Source: Thermodesulfobacteriota bacterium
GTDB lineage: Bacteria; Desulfobacterota_D; UBA1144; Nemesobacterales; UBA2774
Direction: 5' to 3'
NCBI GenBank assembly: GCA_965223335.1
Contig: OZ244991.1
Span: 544,001 to 608,000 of the forward strand
DNA length: 64,000 nucleotides
Shown here in pieces: positions 1 to 9,611 of the stretch (position 1 is its first letter; every line of letters starts with the position of its first letter). The notes under the pieces were generated by a model. The model was given only the letters and a program-made list of their open reading frames with translations, was not told the DNA's origin and did no database searches. The translations under genes and the position numbers were made by a program.

Positions 1-1533
1 AAAAGAGATCTGTGGGGGACCAGGGCTGGGCTAATCCTGGCGATGGCCGGCAACGCCATAGGTCTCGGCAACTTTCTTAGGTTCCCTGTCCAAGCCGCAG
101 AAAACGGCGGCGGCGCCTTTATGGTGCCGTATATAATAGCTTTTTTCGTAATCGGGATCCCGATTATGTGGATAGAATGGTCTATGGGCCGCTATGGAGG
201 ATCCAAGGGGCACGGCACCACCCCCGCAATATTCAACATGTTTTGGAATCATCCCGTATCAAAGATCGTAGGTGTATTCGGTCTATGGATCCCACTTGTG
301 GTCTCTATCTATTATCTGTATATCGAGTCCTGGACGCTGGGGTACTCGTTGCATTTTCTACTGGGCTCAAGCCCCGATGTTGCGGACGGGGTGAATAACG
401 CCAGGGACTATTTGAAACCCTTTGAAGGCTTTTTGGGCACATATATAGGGGCTGGGGGCGGTAATTTTTTAACACCGTCTGTGATGGCCTACTGTGCATT
501 CGGGGCTACCGTAGTAATTAACCTGGTAATTTTGCTTAGAGGAATTTCCAGGGGAATTGAGGTGTTTGCCAAGATAGCGCTGCCGCTTTTGTTTATAATG
601 GCGATTGTTCTCCTAGTGAGGGTGCTTACAATCGAAACACCCAACGGCACCGCAATCGAGGGGCTAAATTTCCTATGGACCCCCGATTTCGCAGCGCTTA
701 AAAACCCAAGTGTATGGGTAGCGGCCGCGGGCCAGATATTCTTTACGCTTAGCCTTGGGTTCGGTGCAATTATTACTTATGCCTCATATGTAAAGTACCA
801 AAACGATATCACGCTTAGCGGCCTTACCTCAGCAACCCTAAACGAAACTGCAGAGCTCGTACTGGGCGGCTCCATTGCAATCCCGGCAGCGGTTGCATTC
901 TTTGGGATTGCAGGGGCTGTGGAGATAGCAAAATCAGGAGCGTTTAATTTAGGGTTTGTAAGCCTGCCCGCGATTTTTGCCAGTATGCCCGCCGGACAGT
1001 TCCTTGGGTTTCTATGGTTTTTCTTGTTGTTTTTTGCCGGTCTCACATCTTCGATTGCCATTACTCAGCCCGTCGTCTCATTTTTCCAGGACGAGTTCGG
1101 TATCAACCGCACAAAATCCGTATTGTTCACGATGAGCATAATGGTGGTGAGTGTTATCATGGTGATATTTGTAAACAACACGCTTGACGAATGGGATTTC
1201 TGGGCCGGGACCATAGGGCTAATGATCTTTGGGTTGATCGAGCTTGTAATGTTCATGTGGGTATTCGGGGGAACCAAATCGTGGGAAGAGATTAATAGGT
1301 ACGGGATAATTAAGGTGCCGCGGGTTTTCTACTATGTATTAAGATATATAACACCACTATTCTTAATTGTATTAATCGCGTGGTGGGGAGTGGAGAAATT
1401 ACCTGATGTACTAAACAACTCGAATTGGAATATCTTAGCAGCAAGAGTATACTTAGTACTATTATTCATCTTTCTAACAGTCCTTGTGTTTGTATCGGAT
1501 AAAAGGAAGGGAAGACCTAACAATGGAACTTAA
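1..1533 (+). CDS. Sodium-dependent amino acid transporter, NSS/SLC6 family (LeuT-like), 5' end outside window
   Basis: Frame is open from base 1 ([40 protein letters not shown]). It has the NSS motifs [19 protein letters not shown] and [10 protein letters not shown], and about 12 hydrophobic segments. Confidence 0.95.
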   Translation, partial: KRDLWGTRAGLILAMAGNAIGLGNFLRFPVQAAENGGGAFMVPYIIAFFVIGIPIMWIEWSMGRYGGSKGHGTTPAIFNMFWNHPVSKIVGVFGLWIPLVVSIYYLYIESWTLGYSLHFLLGSSPDVADGVNNARDYLKPFEGFLGTYIGAGGGNFLTPSVMAYCAFGATVVINLVILLRGISRGIEVFAKIALPLLFIMAIVLLVRVLTIETPNGTAIEGLNFLWTPDFAALKNPSVWVAAAGQIFFTLSLGFGAIITYASYVKYQNDITLSGLTSATLNETAELVLGGSIAIPAAVAFFGIAGAVEIAKSGAFNLGFVSLPAIFASMPAGQFLGFLWFFLLFFAGLTSSIAITQPVVSFFQDEFGINRTKSVLFTMSIMVVSVIMVIFVNNTLDEWDFWAGTIGLMIFGLIELVMFMWVFGGTKSWEEINRYGIIKVPRVFYYVLRYITPLFLIVLIAWWGVEKLPDVLNNSNWNILAARVYLVLLFIFLTVLVFVSDKRKGRPNNGT

Positions 1534-1660
1534 TGCGCTGATTCTAATGACGATTTCGTGGGGATTTTCTCTGGGATTGCTTACATTCTGTGTGGTAAAA
1601 CTTGCAAAGAACCCCCAGAACGCATCAGTAATCAATAATAATAACAAGAAAAAAGATTAG
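1523..1660 (+). CDS. 45-aa single-TM protein, probable MetS-like small subunit of the NSS transporter (not in ORF track)
   Basis: Translated by hand: [45 protein letters not shown]. The ATG overlaps the end of the transporter gene, with AGGAAGG upstream. Confidence 0.7.
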   Translation: MELNALILMTISWGFSLGLLTFCVVKLAKNPQNASVINNNNKKKD

Positions 1661-1696
1661 ACTCGTTAATTTTTTAAGTACTAAAAAAGACTTAAC

Positions 1697-2479
1697 CTAC
1701 CGTTTATAAAAGTTTTTCTCCCATGTCTGGTGTTTTGACTGAGCTCTGCGCATTACCGGTGCATACGCTGCAGCATTGATCACAATGTTATTCAAGATGT
1801 TGAAGGGAAATTTTACAGGTCTTACAAAGTCCACAAACAGTATCGCTCTCAGCCCGGGAGTATCGTTCCACACTTGGTGGTTGAAAGTATCGTCAAAAAC
1901 AATGCTCTGGCCCTCTTCCCAATGAGCAATCTCGTCGTGTACGCGAATACGACACTGCTCCTTAGGCTCGGGCACGATTAGTCCCAAGTGATAACGCAAC
2001 ACCCCGTTATACGGCCCCTTATGGGGTGGAATGTGCTTATTGGGAGAAAGTATCGAGAAAAAGGCTGTTTTCATCCCCGGTATTTTTTTTAGTATCCTAG
2101 AGGTCTCGGGGCAGCGTTTTGCATTCTCTTCACTCTCAAGCCCATAGGCTGCCAGAAAATAGGTCTTCCACATGTTATCCGACGTTATCGTGTTTACCTC
2201 AGCCATGATGTCATGGAAGTTCGGCAGGTCCTCCCTACGTACCAGAACACTCTCGAGCTCCTCGCGTATCACTTTCCACTCGCTCTCTACCTCGCTAACC
2301 CACGGAAAGCAAGAGTTGTCGTATATAGGCGGGTCCCCGAACTTGGAGTATTTAATATTAAGCGCCTCCACCTTATTCACAAATGAAGAGATGAATCCAG
2401 ATGTATACTCTTTAGGTGGGTTTACTCCCCCGGGGTCTTTATCTGTATAGTTGTTAGAATTTTGATTTTGTTCTTCCAT
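1697..2479 (-). CDS. Aspartyl/asparaginyl beta-hydroxylase family Fe(II)/2-oxoglutarate dioxygenase (LpxO/OlsC-like)
   Basis: Motifs FSILSPNKHIPPHKGPYNGVLRYHLGL and FDDTFNHQVWNDT..RAILFVD. Confidence 0.85.
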   Translation of the reverse strand: MEEQNQNSNNYTDKDPGGVNPPKEYTSGFISSFVNKVEALNIKYSKFGDPPIYDNSCFPWVSEVESEWKVIREELESVLVRREDLPNFHDIMAEVNTITSDNMWKTYFLAAYGLESEENAKRCPETSRILKKIPGMKTAFFSILSPNKHIPPHKGPYNGVLRYHLGLIVPEPKEQCRIRVHDEIAHWEEGQSIVFDDTFNHQVWNDTPGLRAILFVDFVRPVKFPFNILNNIVINAAAYAPVMRRAQSKHQTWEKNFYKR

Positions 2480-2508
2480 TAGACATACACCATCCTTTAG
2501 AGGATTTG

Positions 2509-3834
2509 TTACCGCAACGTATCCTTATCCGGCTTAATCCTACGCAACCTTATTATATCCTCTATTTGGTGAATTAAAAATAGAACTAGCGCGAGGCTTA
2601 AAAATCCCAGTACCCATGGATATCCCCCCACAATTGCAACCACTAAAAATCCGAGCGAGTAGAAGTTCCTACGGCTCATCGGTCTTACAATCTTTATCAG
2701 TTTGCGCATAAATGAACTGTTCTTTTCATCTACAAGCTTATCGACCTCGAAATATGATACCAGGCTGCCCGAGTCGGTATAGTGTCTTAGGAAATAGAAT
2801 GACCATATTACAAAAAATATGAATATCGACAAATTAAGCGCTCCCAACCAAAGAGCTATGGGTTTGCCGGATATTAAATAATATCCCACAGACACCCCGA
2901 TGATGAACGACAAGACAGTGCCCTGGTCCGAAATCGTATCCACCCACTGACCTTTTTTAGTCTCCATTAGCCTTACCCTGGCCACTTCACCGTCACAACG
3001 GTCAAGTATAGTAGCAATCTGCATACACACGGCACCTATCACAGGGTGGCCGAATGCATAGAAAGGCCCGGACATCATCCCTATAATATTTATCAACACG
3101 CTGATCATGTTGGGCGTGAGAGGGGTTTTGATCAACTGCCTACTAGTGCGTAGTGAGAATTGGCTGTTTATATTGCGCGAGATCCAACCCGTAGCAGTCT
3201 TGCCCACATGGGCAAACAACAGGTCCTCTGCAGCTTTTGCCGAATTCTCCCCCGAATCAAGCCTCATCCAATAACTATCGCTGAATGGGACCATCTTCAC
3301 TTTATCTCTCCCCGCAAGCTCATTCACAAGGGACTGCAAACACATGGAATTCGCCACAGATTTTTCGAGCAACTCCCCCGACACTATAAACGCTCCCACA
3401 GCTCTTCCCCCTCCAGAGAAAAGGTCTGTAACGTTATCAGCATCCGCTTTTATCCAAGCGTCTTTTGATGTATCCACCAAAAGCGCCATCTCATCTTGCG
3501 ACTCCGATGTAGCACTCATAAAATTTTCCAGTGCCTGGGGGGTAGTAAATAGGTTTGACTGCAAAACCAAGTATGGCTCACTGTTTAGGTTTAGACCATT
3601 ACCCATTGCGTGCCACTCGATGTGGCTCTCGATTCGTTTATCACTATCGATTAAGTCTTTTAGGGGGGATTCACTATCCGGTGTAATTATTGTAAATCGT
3701 GTAATACCGGCCCGCTGCGCAACGATCAGTTGTCTTTTTAACTGTGGGAGTGTGCCGAAAACAACGTCGCCAAACGAAGCAAGATCCTCTTGTTCAATGC
3801 CGGTACCTGCTGCGACAATAATTGCATGGTCCAT
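2509..3834 (-). CDS. CDP-alcohol phosphotransferase with degenerate N-terminal nucleotidyltransferase-like domain
   Basis: Signature TPNMIS...DRCDGEVAR-x8-GQWVDTISD, C-terminal TM helices. N-terminus AIIVAAG lacks the GxGxR consensus. Confidence 0.85.
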   Translation of the reverse strand: MDHAIIVAAGTGIEQEDLASFGDVVFGTLPQLKRQLIVAQRAGITRFTIITPDSESPLKDLIDSDKRIESHIEWHAMGNGLNLNSEPYLVLQSNLFTTPQALENFMSATSESQDEMALLVDTSKDAWIKADADNVTDLFSGGGRAVGAFIVSGELLEKSVANSMCLQSLVNELAGRDKVKMVPFSDSYWMRLDSGENSAKAAEDLLFAHVGKTATGWISRNINSQFSLRTSRQLIKTPLTPNMISVLINIIGMMSGPFYAFGHPVIGAVCMQIATILDRCDGEVARVRLMETKKGQWVDTISDQGTVLSFIIGVSVGYYLISGKPIALWLGALNLSIFIFFVIWSFYFLRHYTDSGSLVSYFEVDKLVDEKNSSFMRKLIKIVRPMSRRNFYSLGFLVVAIVGGYPWVLGFLSLALVLFLIHQIEDIIRLRRIKPDKDTLR

Positions 3835-3838
3835 TTCG

Positions 3839-4612
3839 TTAACTAGTTTCTACAACTCTTAGGACCCTTTCTTGGTAGGTATGCTTAATAAACTTATCCG
3901 AGTTAAATCTAGCTTTGAATAGGTCACTTGGATAATCAACGTCCATCCAAAACAGCTCATTAATATCAAGCGACTTCACTTTATAACCTTTATTGATAAG
4001 TCTGTCTATAGCCGATATATACCATTTATTTTCAGCCCCGTCAGTCCTCATTTCTTCCTCTATGGCCCTCTTCATGAGCTCAACCCCGGTGTCGCGGAAC
4101 ACTCTAACACCCACAGACTCCGCAGACGCTCTGCCATGGAGCGACTTGCCGATATTCACAACCTTGCCCTGCTCTATTACAACCTTCATGTCTTCGTCTT
4201 CATAGCCTGACTTCTGTTTCACAGGTAGGCAAATCTTTTCGTCGCGGATTGTCAGAACCTGTTCCAATACCTCTATATCAAACACGTCGTCCCCGTTCAT
4301 TACTACCATATCATCATCCATCTCCCCCCTTGCTATCCAAAGAGAAATTAGGCTGTTTGTAGTTTGATAGAACGGATTATAGAGAGTTTTTATCCTCATT
4401 CCCAACCCGTCGTAATTTCTTAGAAAATTCTCAACTTTCTCGAATCCGAAACCCACAACAATAACCACTTCGTCAATACCACAGTCACGAATGTGGTTGA
4501 TTTGGTGCTCAAGAATAGTCTCTCCGCCCACATCTAGCAAGCACTTCGGAATGTACTTTGTATAAGGGTATAGCCTCTTTCCCCTACCCGCTGCAAGTAT
4601 AACAGCTTTCAT
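3839..4612 (-). CDS. Phosphocholine/inositol-1-phosphate cytidylyltransferase family NTP transferase
   Basis: Motifs MKAVILAAGRGKRL..PKCLL, NPFYQTTNSLISL, MNGDD and WMDVDYPSDL. Confidence 0.85.
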   Translation of the reverse strand: MKAVILAAGRGKRLYPYTKYIPKCLLDVGGETILEHQINHIRDCGIDEVVIVVGFGFEKVENFLRNYDGLGMRIKTLYNPFYQTTNSLISLWIARGEMDDDMVVMNGDDVFDIEVLEQVLTIRDEKICLPVKQKSGYEDEDMKVVIEQGKVVNIGKSLHGRASAESVGVRVFRDTGVELMKRAIEEEMRTDGAENKWYISAIDRLINKGYKVKSLDINELFWMDVDYPSDLFKARFNSDKFIKHTYQERVLRVVETS

Positions 4613-4703
4613 ATTCTCTTCTCCAACTCTCGTTAACTAAATATGGCGATCTGTTTATAATGGATACAACTTTAGGATAAAGCAGTGCGTTGATGTGCTC
4701 CAT
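4584..4703 (-). CDS. 39-aa upstream ORF overlapping the NTP transferase start, out of frame
   Basis: GAGGAGG SD then ATG at 4703. Translation MEHINALLYPKVVSIINRSPYLVNESWRREYESCYTCSG*. Confidence 0.4.
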   Translation of the reverse strand: MEHINALLYPKVVSIINRSPYLVNESWRREYESCYTCSG

Positions 4704-4728
4704 CCTTCTCCTCCTCTCTATGGCTTAA

Positions 4729-4757
4729 TTTATAACCTCCCTAGCAACGCATGTCAA
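4729..4757 (-). promoter_or_regulatory. Sigma70-type promoter for the NTP transferase operon
   Basis: TTGACA-N17-TATAAA on the minus strand. Confidence 0.6.
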
Positions 4758-4895
4758 TAAGTTAGATGCGGAAACACTTTGAAAGCTTCAGAATTTGTTG
4801 AAAAATTTATTGCGCAAAAACAGAGCTAAGTCTTAAGATATGTAAGGCGTAACAAACCAAAATTTTGAGGTCCGGATTGCAGGCTTACTCAGCAG

Positions 4896-5285
4896 CTACT
4901 CGCCAGCCAAGGTAAGCTTATTCTCTTTGCTCTTAGGAGGTTCGATACGGTTTTGCTCGTCTACATATACTAGTTTAGGTCTGTGATCGAGGCATTCATC
5001 CTCTGGGTAGGATGAAAAGCTTGCGATTATAAGGCAGTCCCCTTCCCTTGCCAAGTGTGCAGCTGCACCGTTAACACAGATCTCGCGGTCTCCTGCCTTG
5101 CCCTCTATCACATAGGTTGAGAACCTGTGACCGTTTGTAACGTTAAAAATGTGCACCTTTTCATAAGGCAGCAGATCCGCAGCATCCATAAGCTCGCGGT
5201 CGAGTGTGAGGCTCCCCTCGTATTCAAGGTCGGCTTCGGTCACTGTTGCCCTATGTATTTTTGATTTTAGGAGTGTTCTATTCAT
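4896..5285 (-). CDS. panD: Aspartate 1-decarboxylase
   Basis: [15 protein letters not shown] autocleavage site, NGAAAHL; lies in the pan operon. Confidence 0.97.
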   Translation of the reverse strand: MNRTLLKSKIHRATVTEADLEYEGSLTLDRELMDAADLLPYEKVHIFNVTNGHRFSTYVIEGKAGDREICVNGAAAHLAREGDCLIIASFSSYPEDECLDHRPKLVYVDEQNRIEPPKSKENKLTLAGE

Positions 5286-5312
5286 TCTTCTGCCCCCTCC
5301 TTCTTATATATA

Positions 5313-6176
5313 TTATAATATAATATTGTCAATTAATCTTGCCTTGCCCACGTGCACCGCAATACCTACATAATCCCCTTCTCTGGCCTCGGTCCTAGAC
5401 CCAAGAGTCTCGGGATCACAGATCTCGAGGTAATCAATCTCATCTATCTTTGCCTCGTGCAAAATTGCCCTGCCTACGGATACCAGTTGCTCCACCTTTG
5501 TAATACCCGCCTCGAATCTGTCCTTAATCGCAAATAGCGCCCTCGAAACCGATTGCGCCCTAGAGTGTTCGGATTTCGATAGATAAGCGTTGCGCGAGCT
5601 AAGCGCAAGCCCGCTTTCCTCCCTCACAATGGGCAGGCCGAAAATCTCGATGTTTAAATTCAAGTCCCCAACCATAGCCTCAATCACACGGAGCTGCTGA
5701 TAGTCCTTGCGACCGAAAAACGCCTTGTGCGGCATAACGATATTAAACAGTTTAAGCACCACAGTTGCCACACCGCGAAAGTGGCCCTCCCTGAATTTCC
5801 CGCAAAGTGGCTTCTCGAGCTCGGTCACGTTGAGGTAGGTCTGGTAACCATCGGGGTATATATCACCAGCTTCGGGGGCAAAAAGTATGTCAACTCCCTG
5901 GGTCTCAAGCTTCTTGATATCCCCCTCCATGTCCCTTGTGTATTCCTTATAATCCTCGGCGGGACCGAACTGTGTGGGGTTTACGAATATGCTCGCAACC
6001 ACCACATCACCACTTGCCTTTGCCTCCCTTATAAGGCTTAGGTGCCCCTCGTGCAAATAGCCCATGGTCGGCACAAAGGTTATAACACTGCCGTTTAGCC
6101 TGTAAGAGTTAGATGTGTCCTGCATCTGGGCTATGCCTGTAATTATTTGTAATTTTGATTCGTTACTCATATCCAT
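5313..6176 (-). CDS. panC: Pantoate--beta-alanine ligase
   Basis: VPTMGYLHEGH, SIFVNPTQF, FGRKDYQQ, LALSSRN, RLIDN. Confidence 0.97.
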   Translation of the reverse strand: MDMSNESKLQIITGIAQMQDTSNSYRLNGSVITFVPTMGYLHEGHLSLIREAKASGDVVVASIFVNPTQFGPAEDYKEYTRDMEGDIKKLETQGVDILFAPEAGDIYPDGYQTYLNVTELEKPLCGKFREGHFRGVATVVLKLFNIVMPHKAFFGRKDYQQLRVIEAMVGDLNLNIEIFGLPIVREESGLALSSRNAYLSKSEHSRAQSVSRALFAIKDRFEAGITKVEQLVSVGRAILHEAKIDEIDYLEICDPETLGSRTEAREGDYVGIAVHVGKARLIDNIIL

Positions 6177-6963
6177 GCTCTTTTTTGGGAAACTTTCGTG
6201 TCTTTATATCATTAATATACTCTTTGGTGGCATCGGTGATTACCCGGTTTAACTCGGCATATTTCTTTACAAACCTGGGTAGGGGCTCTGGCGATATGCC
6301 CAACATATCGTGGAACACCAGTACCTGCCCGTCGCAGTACTTCCCCGCCCCTATACCGATCGTTGGTATCTTTATCGACTCGCTGATCCTTTTAGCCGGG
6401 CCGATGGGGATGCTTTCCAGCACCAGTGCATATGCACCGGCCTGCTCGATGGATTTTGCCAGTTTTACTAATTTATTGGCCTCGCTTTTAGTCCTGCCCT
6501 GCACCTTATAGCCGCCCATCTGATGGTAGTTCTGTGGGCGTAGCCCAATATGCGCCATCACGGGGATCCCCGTCTTCACTATCTCGGTGATCGTATCCAG
6601 ATAGTCTTCCGTAATCTCTAGCTTTACCGAGTGGGCATTGGCCTCTTTAATCAGACGCGAAGCGTTCTTAACAGCATCGAGCTTAGAGGTTTGATACGAC
6701 ATAAACGGCATATCCGCACAGAGGTGTGCCCTCTTAATACCGCGTGATACAATCTTGGTGTGGTAAACCATCTCGTCCATGCTTACGGGCAGTGTATTTT
6801 CGCGACCCTGTATCACATTGCCCAGAGAATCCCCAACCAATACAATATCAATACCCGCTTTATCTACAAGCCTTGCTGTAGGGGTATCGTACGCTGTGAT
6901 AACGGCGATTTTCTCCCCCTGTTTTTTCATCTCTTGCAAATATGGGACAGTGATTTTGTTCAT
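6163..6963 (-). CDS. panB: 3-methyl-2-oxobutanoate hydroxymethyltransferase
   Basis: TAYD, LVGDSLG, ADMPFMSY, PTIGIGAG..CDGQVLV. Confidence 0.97.
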   Translation of the reverse strand: MNKITVPYLQEMKKQGEKIAVITAYDTPTARLVDKAGIDIVLVGDSLGNVIQGRENTLPVSMDEMVYHTKIVSRGIKRAHLCADMPFMSYQTSKLDAVKNASRLIKEANAHSVKLEITEDYLDTITEIVKTGIPVMAHIGLRPQNYHQMGGYKVQGRTKSEANKLVKLAKSIEQAGAYALVLESIPIGPAKRISESIKIPTIGIGAGKYCDGQVLVFHDMLGISPEPLPRFVKKYAELNRVITDATKEYINDIKTRKFPKKEHGYE

Positions 6964-6968
6964 CTCAA

Positions 6969-7007
6969 ATAAAAAGCCGGCAAGGCCGAACTAGCCCCAA
7001 CCGGCTT
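6969..7007 (-). terminator. Intrinsic terminator-like hairpin in the panB leader (possible attenuator)
   Basis: Minus strand AAGCCGG...CCGGCTTTTTAT, ending just before the panB ATG. Confidence 0.55.
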
Positions 7008-7057
7008 GGTTATAGTCTATATAATATTTTCGGGTTTAAGTATATGATTACTCAAAT

Positions 7058-7101
7058 GAACCTCCGTCTCGGTCCTACGAATAAGATCCAAGCGGTACTG
7101 C
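7058..7101 (-). ncRNA. pan RNA motif (single stem-loop)
   Basis: Minus-strand hairpin CCG-CTTGG-A-TCT...GGA-CCGAG-A-CGG with two bulged A residues, in the 5' UTR of panBCD. Matches the described pan motif architecture. Confidence 0.7.
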
Positions 7102-7227
7102 ATCATTATCGTGTTCGTTAGTCCGCCCCCAATCCCAACAAACGAAACTACATTTATTAAAATAAATTACGACATCAAAAAGTCAAACAATTACAAATAG
7201 TAACGCAGATATGGGTATAATTCTCCA

Positions 7228-8013
7228 ATGAAGATTTATCAGGTCGACGCATTTACGGATAAACCGTTTTCGGGAAATCCCGCTGCGGTTTGTATTCTGG
7301 AAAATGAGATGGACAACTCCTGGATGCAAAAAGTTGCAGGGGAAATGAACCTGCCCGAGACAGCTTTCGTCCTGAAACGTAACAACCACTATCAACTCAG
7401 ATGGTTTACCCCAATCCTCGAGGTAGAGCTATGCGGCCACGCAACCTTGGCAAGCGCACACATATTATATGAATCAGGCGAGGTCGGTCTCACAAGCCCA
7501 ATACTATTCAATACAAAGAGCGGGGACTTGAAGGTCAGTTTTAAAGAACCATACTACGAGATGGACTTCCCGCTTGAACCGCCGAAGGTATGTGATGCTC
7601 CCGACGGCCTTTTATCGGCTATCGATGCTACACCTTTATATATAGGCAGAAACAGGATGGATTACATTCTGGAGCTTGGGTCGGAATCCATTGTAAGATA
7701 TTGCACACCTGATCTCGCAAAGCTAACAGGGATTGATGCACGCGGTGTAATCATAACAAGTCTCTCGGATTCCGGGAAGTACGATTTCATCTCTAGGTTT
7801 TTTGCCCCCAGGTTCGGTATAGACGAGGACCCGGTTACGGGCTCTGCCCACTGCTGTCTCGGCCCCTATTGGGGCAACAAACTCAACAAGACCGAGCTAA
7901 GCGCATTCCAGGCATCACCGAGAGGAGGTTATATTAATATGGTATTAAAAGGGAAGCGGATTCTGCTATCTGGTCAAGCCGTAACAGTGCTTAGCGGAGA
8001 GATTAATTGCTGA
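7228..8013 (+). CDS. PhzF family isomerase/epimerase
   Basis: QVDAFTDKPFSGNPAAV, ETAF, ELCGHATLA, EDPVTGSAHC. Confidence 0.93.
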   Translation: MKIYQVDAFTDKPFSGNPAAVCILENEMDNSWMQKVAGEMNLPETAFVLKRNNHYQLRWFTPILEVELCGHATLASAHILYESGEVGLTSPILFNTKSGDLKVSFKEPYYEMDFPLEPPKVCDAPDGLLSAIDATPLYIGRNRMDYILELGSESIVRYCTPDLAKLTGIDARGVIITSLSDSGKYDFISRFFAPRFGIDEDPVTGSAHCCLGPYWGNKLNKTELSAFQASPRGGYINMVLKGKRILLSGQAVTVLSGEINC

Positions 8014-8118
8014 GGAACTTGCCGTCTATTACTTGCCAAACAGTTCAGTTACAAGTAGGTTGCACTGCTTGAAAATCGGCCTACATAGTTCATAATACTT
8101 CAGATCACACATACATAG

Positions 8119-8193
8119 GGCGGCGTAGCCAAGTGGTAAGGCAGCGGTCTGCAAAACCGCAATGCCCCGGTTCGAATCCGGGCGCCGCCTCCA
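8119..8193 (+). tRNA. tRNA-Cys (GCA)
   Basis: Acceptor stem GGCGGCG/CGCCGCC, anticodon arm GCGGT-CTGCAAA-ACCGC, GGTTCGAATCC, encoded CCA. Confidence 0.97.
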
Positions 8194-8221
8194 ATTACAT
8201 GCTCTAATACACCTGAAACTA

Positions 8222-8308
8222 GCCCGGGTGGCGGAATTGGCAGACGCATTGGACTTAAAATCCAATGGGCATACGCCCGTGCCGGTTCGATCCCGGCCCC
8301 GGGCACCA
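8222..8308 (+). tRNA. tRNA-Leu (TAA)
   Basis: Acceptor stem GCCCGGG/CCCGGGC, anticodon arm TTGGA-CTTAAAA-TCCAA, long variable arm, GGTTCGATCCC, CCA. Confidence 0.97.
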
Positions 8309-8516
8309 GTTTTTAATCCATCCAACATCGTAACACTATAATGAATCGACCCTCTGATCACTATGATTTCGTGTAATTATTTACTGTAAAAAACCCTTCC
8401 ATTATTAAGAATTTCGTTGTAGAATGATGTTTAAAATTTATTTCCACTAAAGATAATAAAATTATTCTGCAACCTCGAATAGTTTTATTACCCATAATAT
8501 TAAGGAGGAATTAAGG

Positions 8517-9557
8517 ATGATTCAGAGTACAGTATCAAGAGTAATTTGCTTAGCTTTTATAGCTGTGTTTGCAGTTATGCCAATGTTACCAAAAGACGCA
8601 AATGCAGGATTTGAGGTGGACTTTATAGATCAGACCGACCAGGCCACTGATAATCTGGTTGTGTTCTGGGATATGCGTATGGCGCGCCAGACCTTTGCAC
8701 AGGTAACTAATGTAGGTAATGGCACGCTATCAGTACACGTTCAAATCTTTAACGTCACTTCGCCCGTTACAGTCTGTGAAGAGACCGACTTCAACGACCA
8801 GTTCACTGCCGGTGACACGCACGTCTATGATTTGGGCAACCTAGTGTCGAACAACGATGCCGATGGATTAGGTGGAGTTGGATTCTCAGCCCCGGCTGCG
8901 GACCTTGACGAAGGTTATGGCCTGCTTGTAGTATCCGCAATCCTAGGCCCTCGTGATGCCCTTATCGGCATGTTTCGCATCGTAGACGGCGACGGAGACT
9001 TCGAGTACAGGACAAACGCTTCTGGTGAGGAATTTACGCAAGCTGGTCTCTGGAATATAGCCGACCTCAACTTCAACGCCGTGGACGGTTCTAATCTTTC
9101 CGATGTCGTAGGTTTAGTGTACAGAAGGGTAAGTGGTTCTTCTGTAATTGCCAGCCCTCTAATCCAGGCAGTGTTTGGCAATGCTACTGGTGATGTTGGC
9201 AGCACGAATCCCCAGATCCATATATTTGACGAGTTCGAGAGCCCAACATCCTGCAGCCCCTCAACTTTTGCATGCGCCCCCACACTGCTAGACAAGGGCA
9301 TAGACAACTTCCATCCCAACAGTAAGGGTGAAGTAAACAGGATTTGTAACGATAGTGTAGACGTAGGGTGGCTCTATATGCCGCTTCAGAGATTCAACTG
9401 CTTCGATCAAGACCCGGATGCGGGTAATTGCCAGTCGCTAAACCTATTCGTAGGGTTTTTGGGCCTTAACAACGGCAACGGCACCGGTTCTATGGACTCG
9501 TGGTGGACACCGAGCCTATTCGATGAGTCTCCACTAATTGGTGTTATTGGACCGTAA
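8517..9557 (+). CDS. Secreted acidic Cys-containing protein A1 (unknown family, module 1)
   Basis: AAGGAGG SD, signal peptide ending DANA. Clear paralog of 11763 and 15157. Confidence 0.85.
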   Translation: MIQSTVSRVICLAFIAVFAVMPMLPKDANAGFEVDFIDQTDQATDNLVVFWDMRMARQTFAQVTNVGNGTLSVHVQIFNVTSPVTVCEETDFNDQFTAGDTHVYDLGNLVSNNDADGLGGVGFSAPAADLDEGYGLLVVSAILGPRDALIGMFRIVDGDGDFEYRTNASGEEFTQAGLWNIADLNFNAVDGSNLSDVVGLVYRRVSGSSVIASPLIQAVFGNATGDVGSTNPQIHIFDEFESPTSCSPSTFACAPTLLDKGIDNFHPNSKGEVNRICNDSVDVGWLYMPLQRFNCFDQDPDAGNCQSLNLFVGFLGLNNGNGTGSMDSWWTPSLFDESPLIGVIGP

Positions 9558-9611
9558 ATATCAAATGAAAATAAAAAACAAAAGATGAAAAACTCAAAGG
9601 AGGAAACACGG

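Noticed and set aside
8029..8361. Minus-strand ORFs 8029-8361 and 8100-8306
   Set aside because: Antisense shadows of the two tRNA genes.
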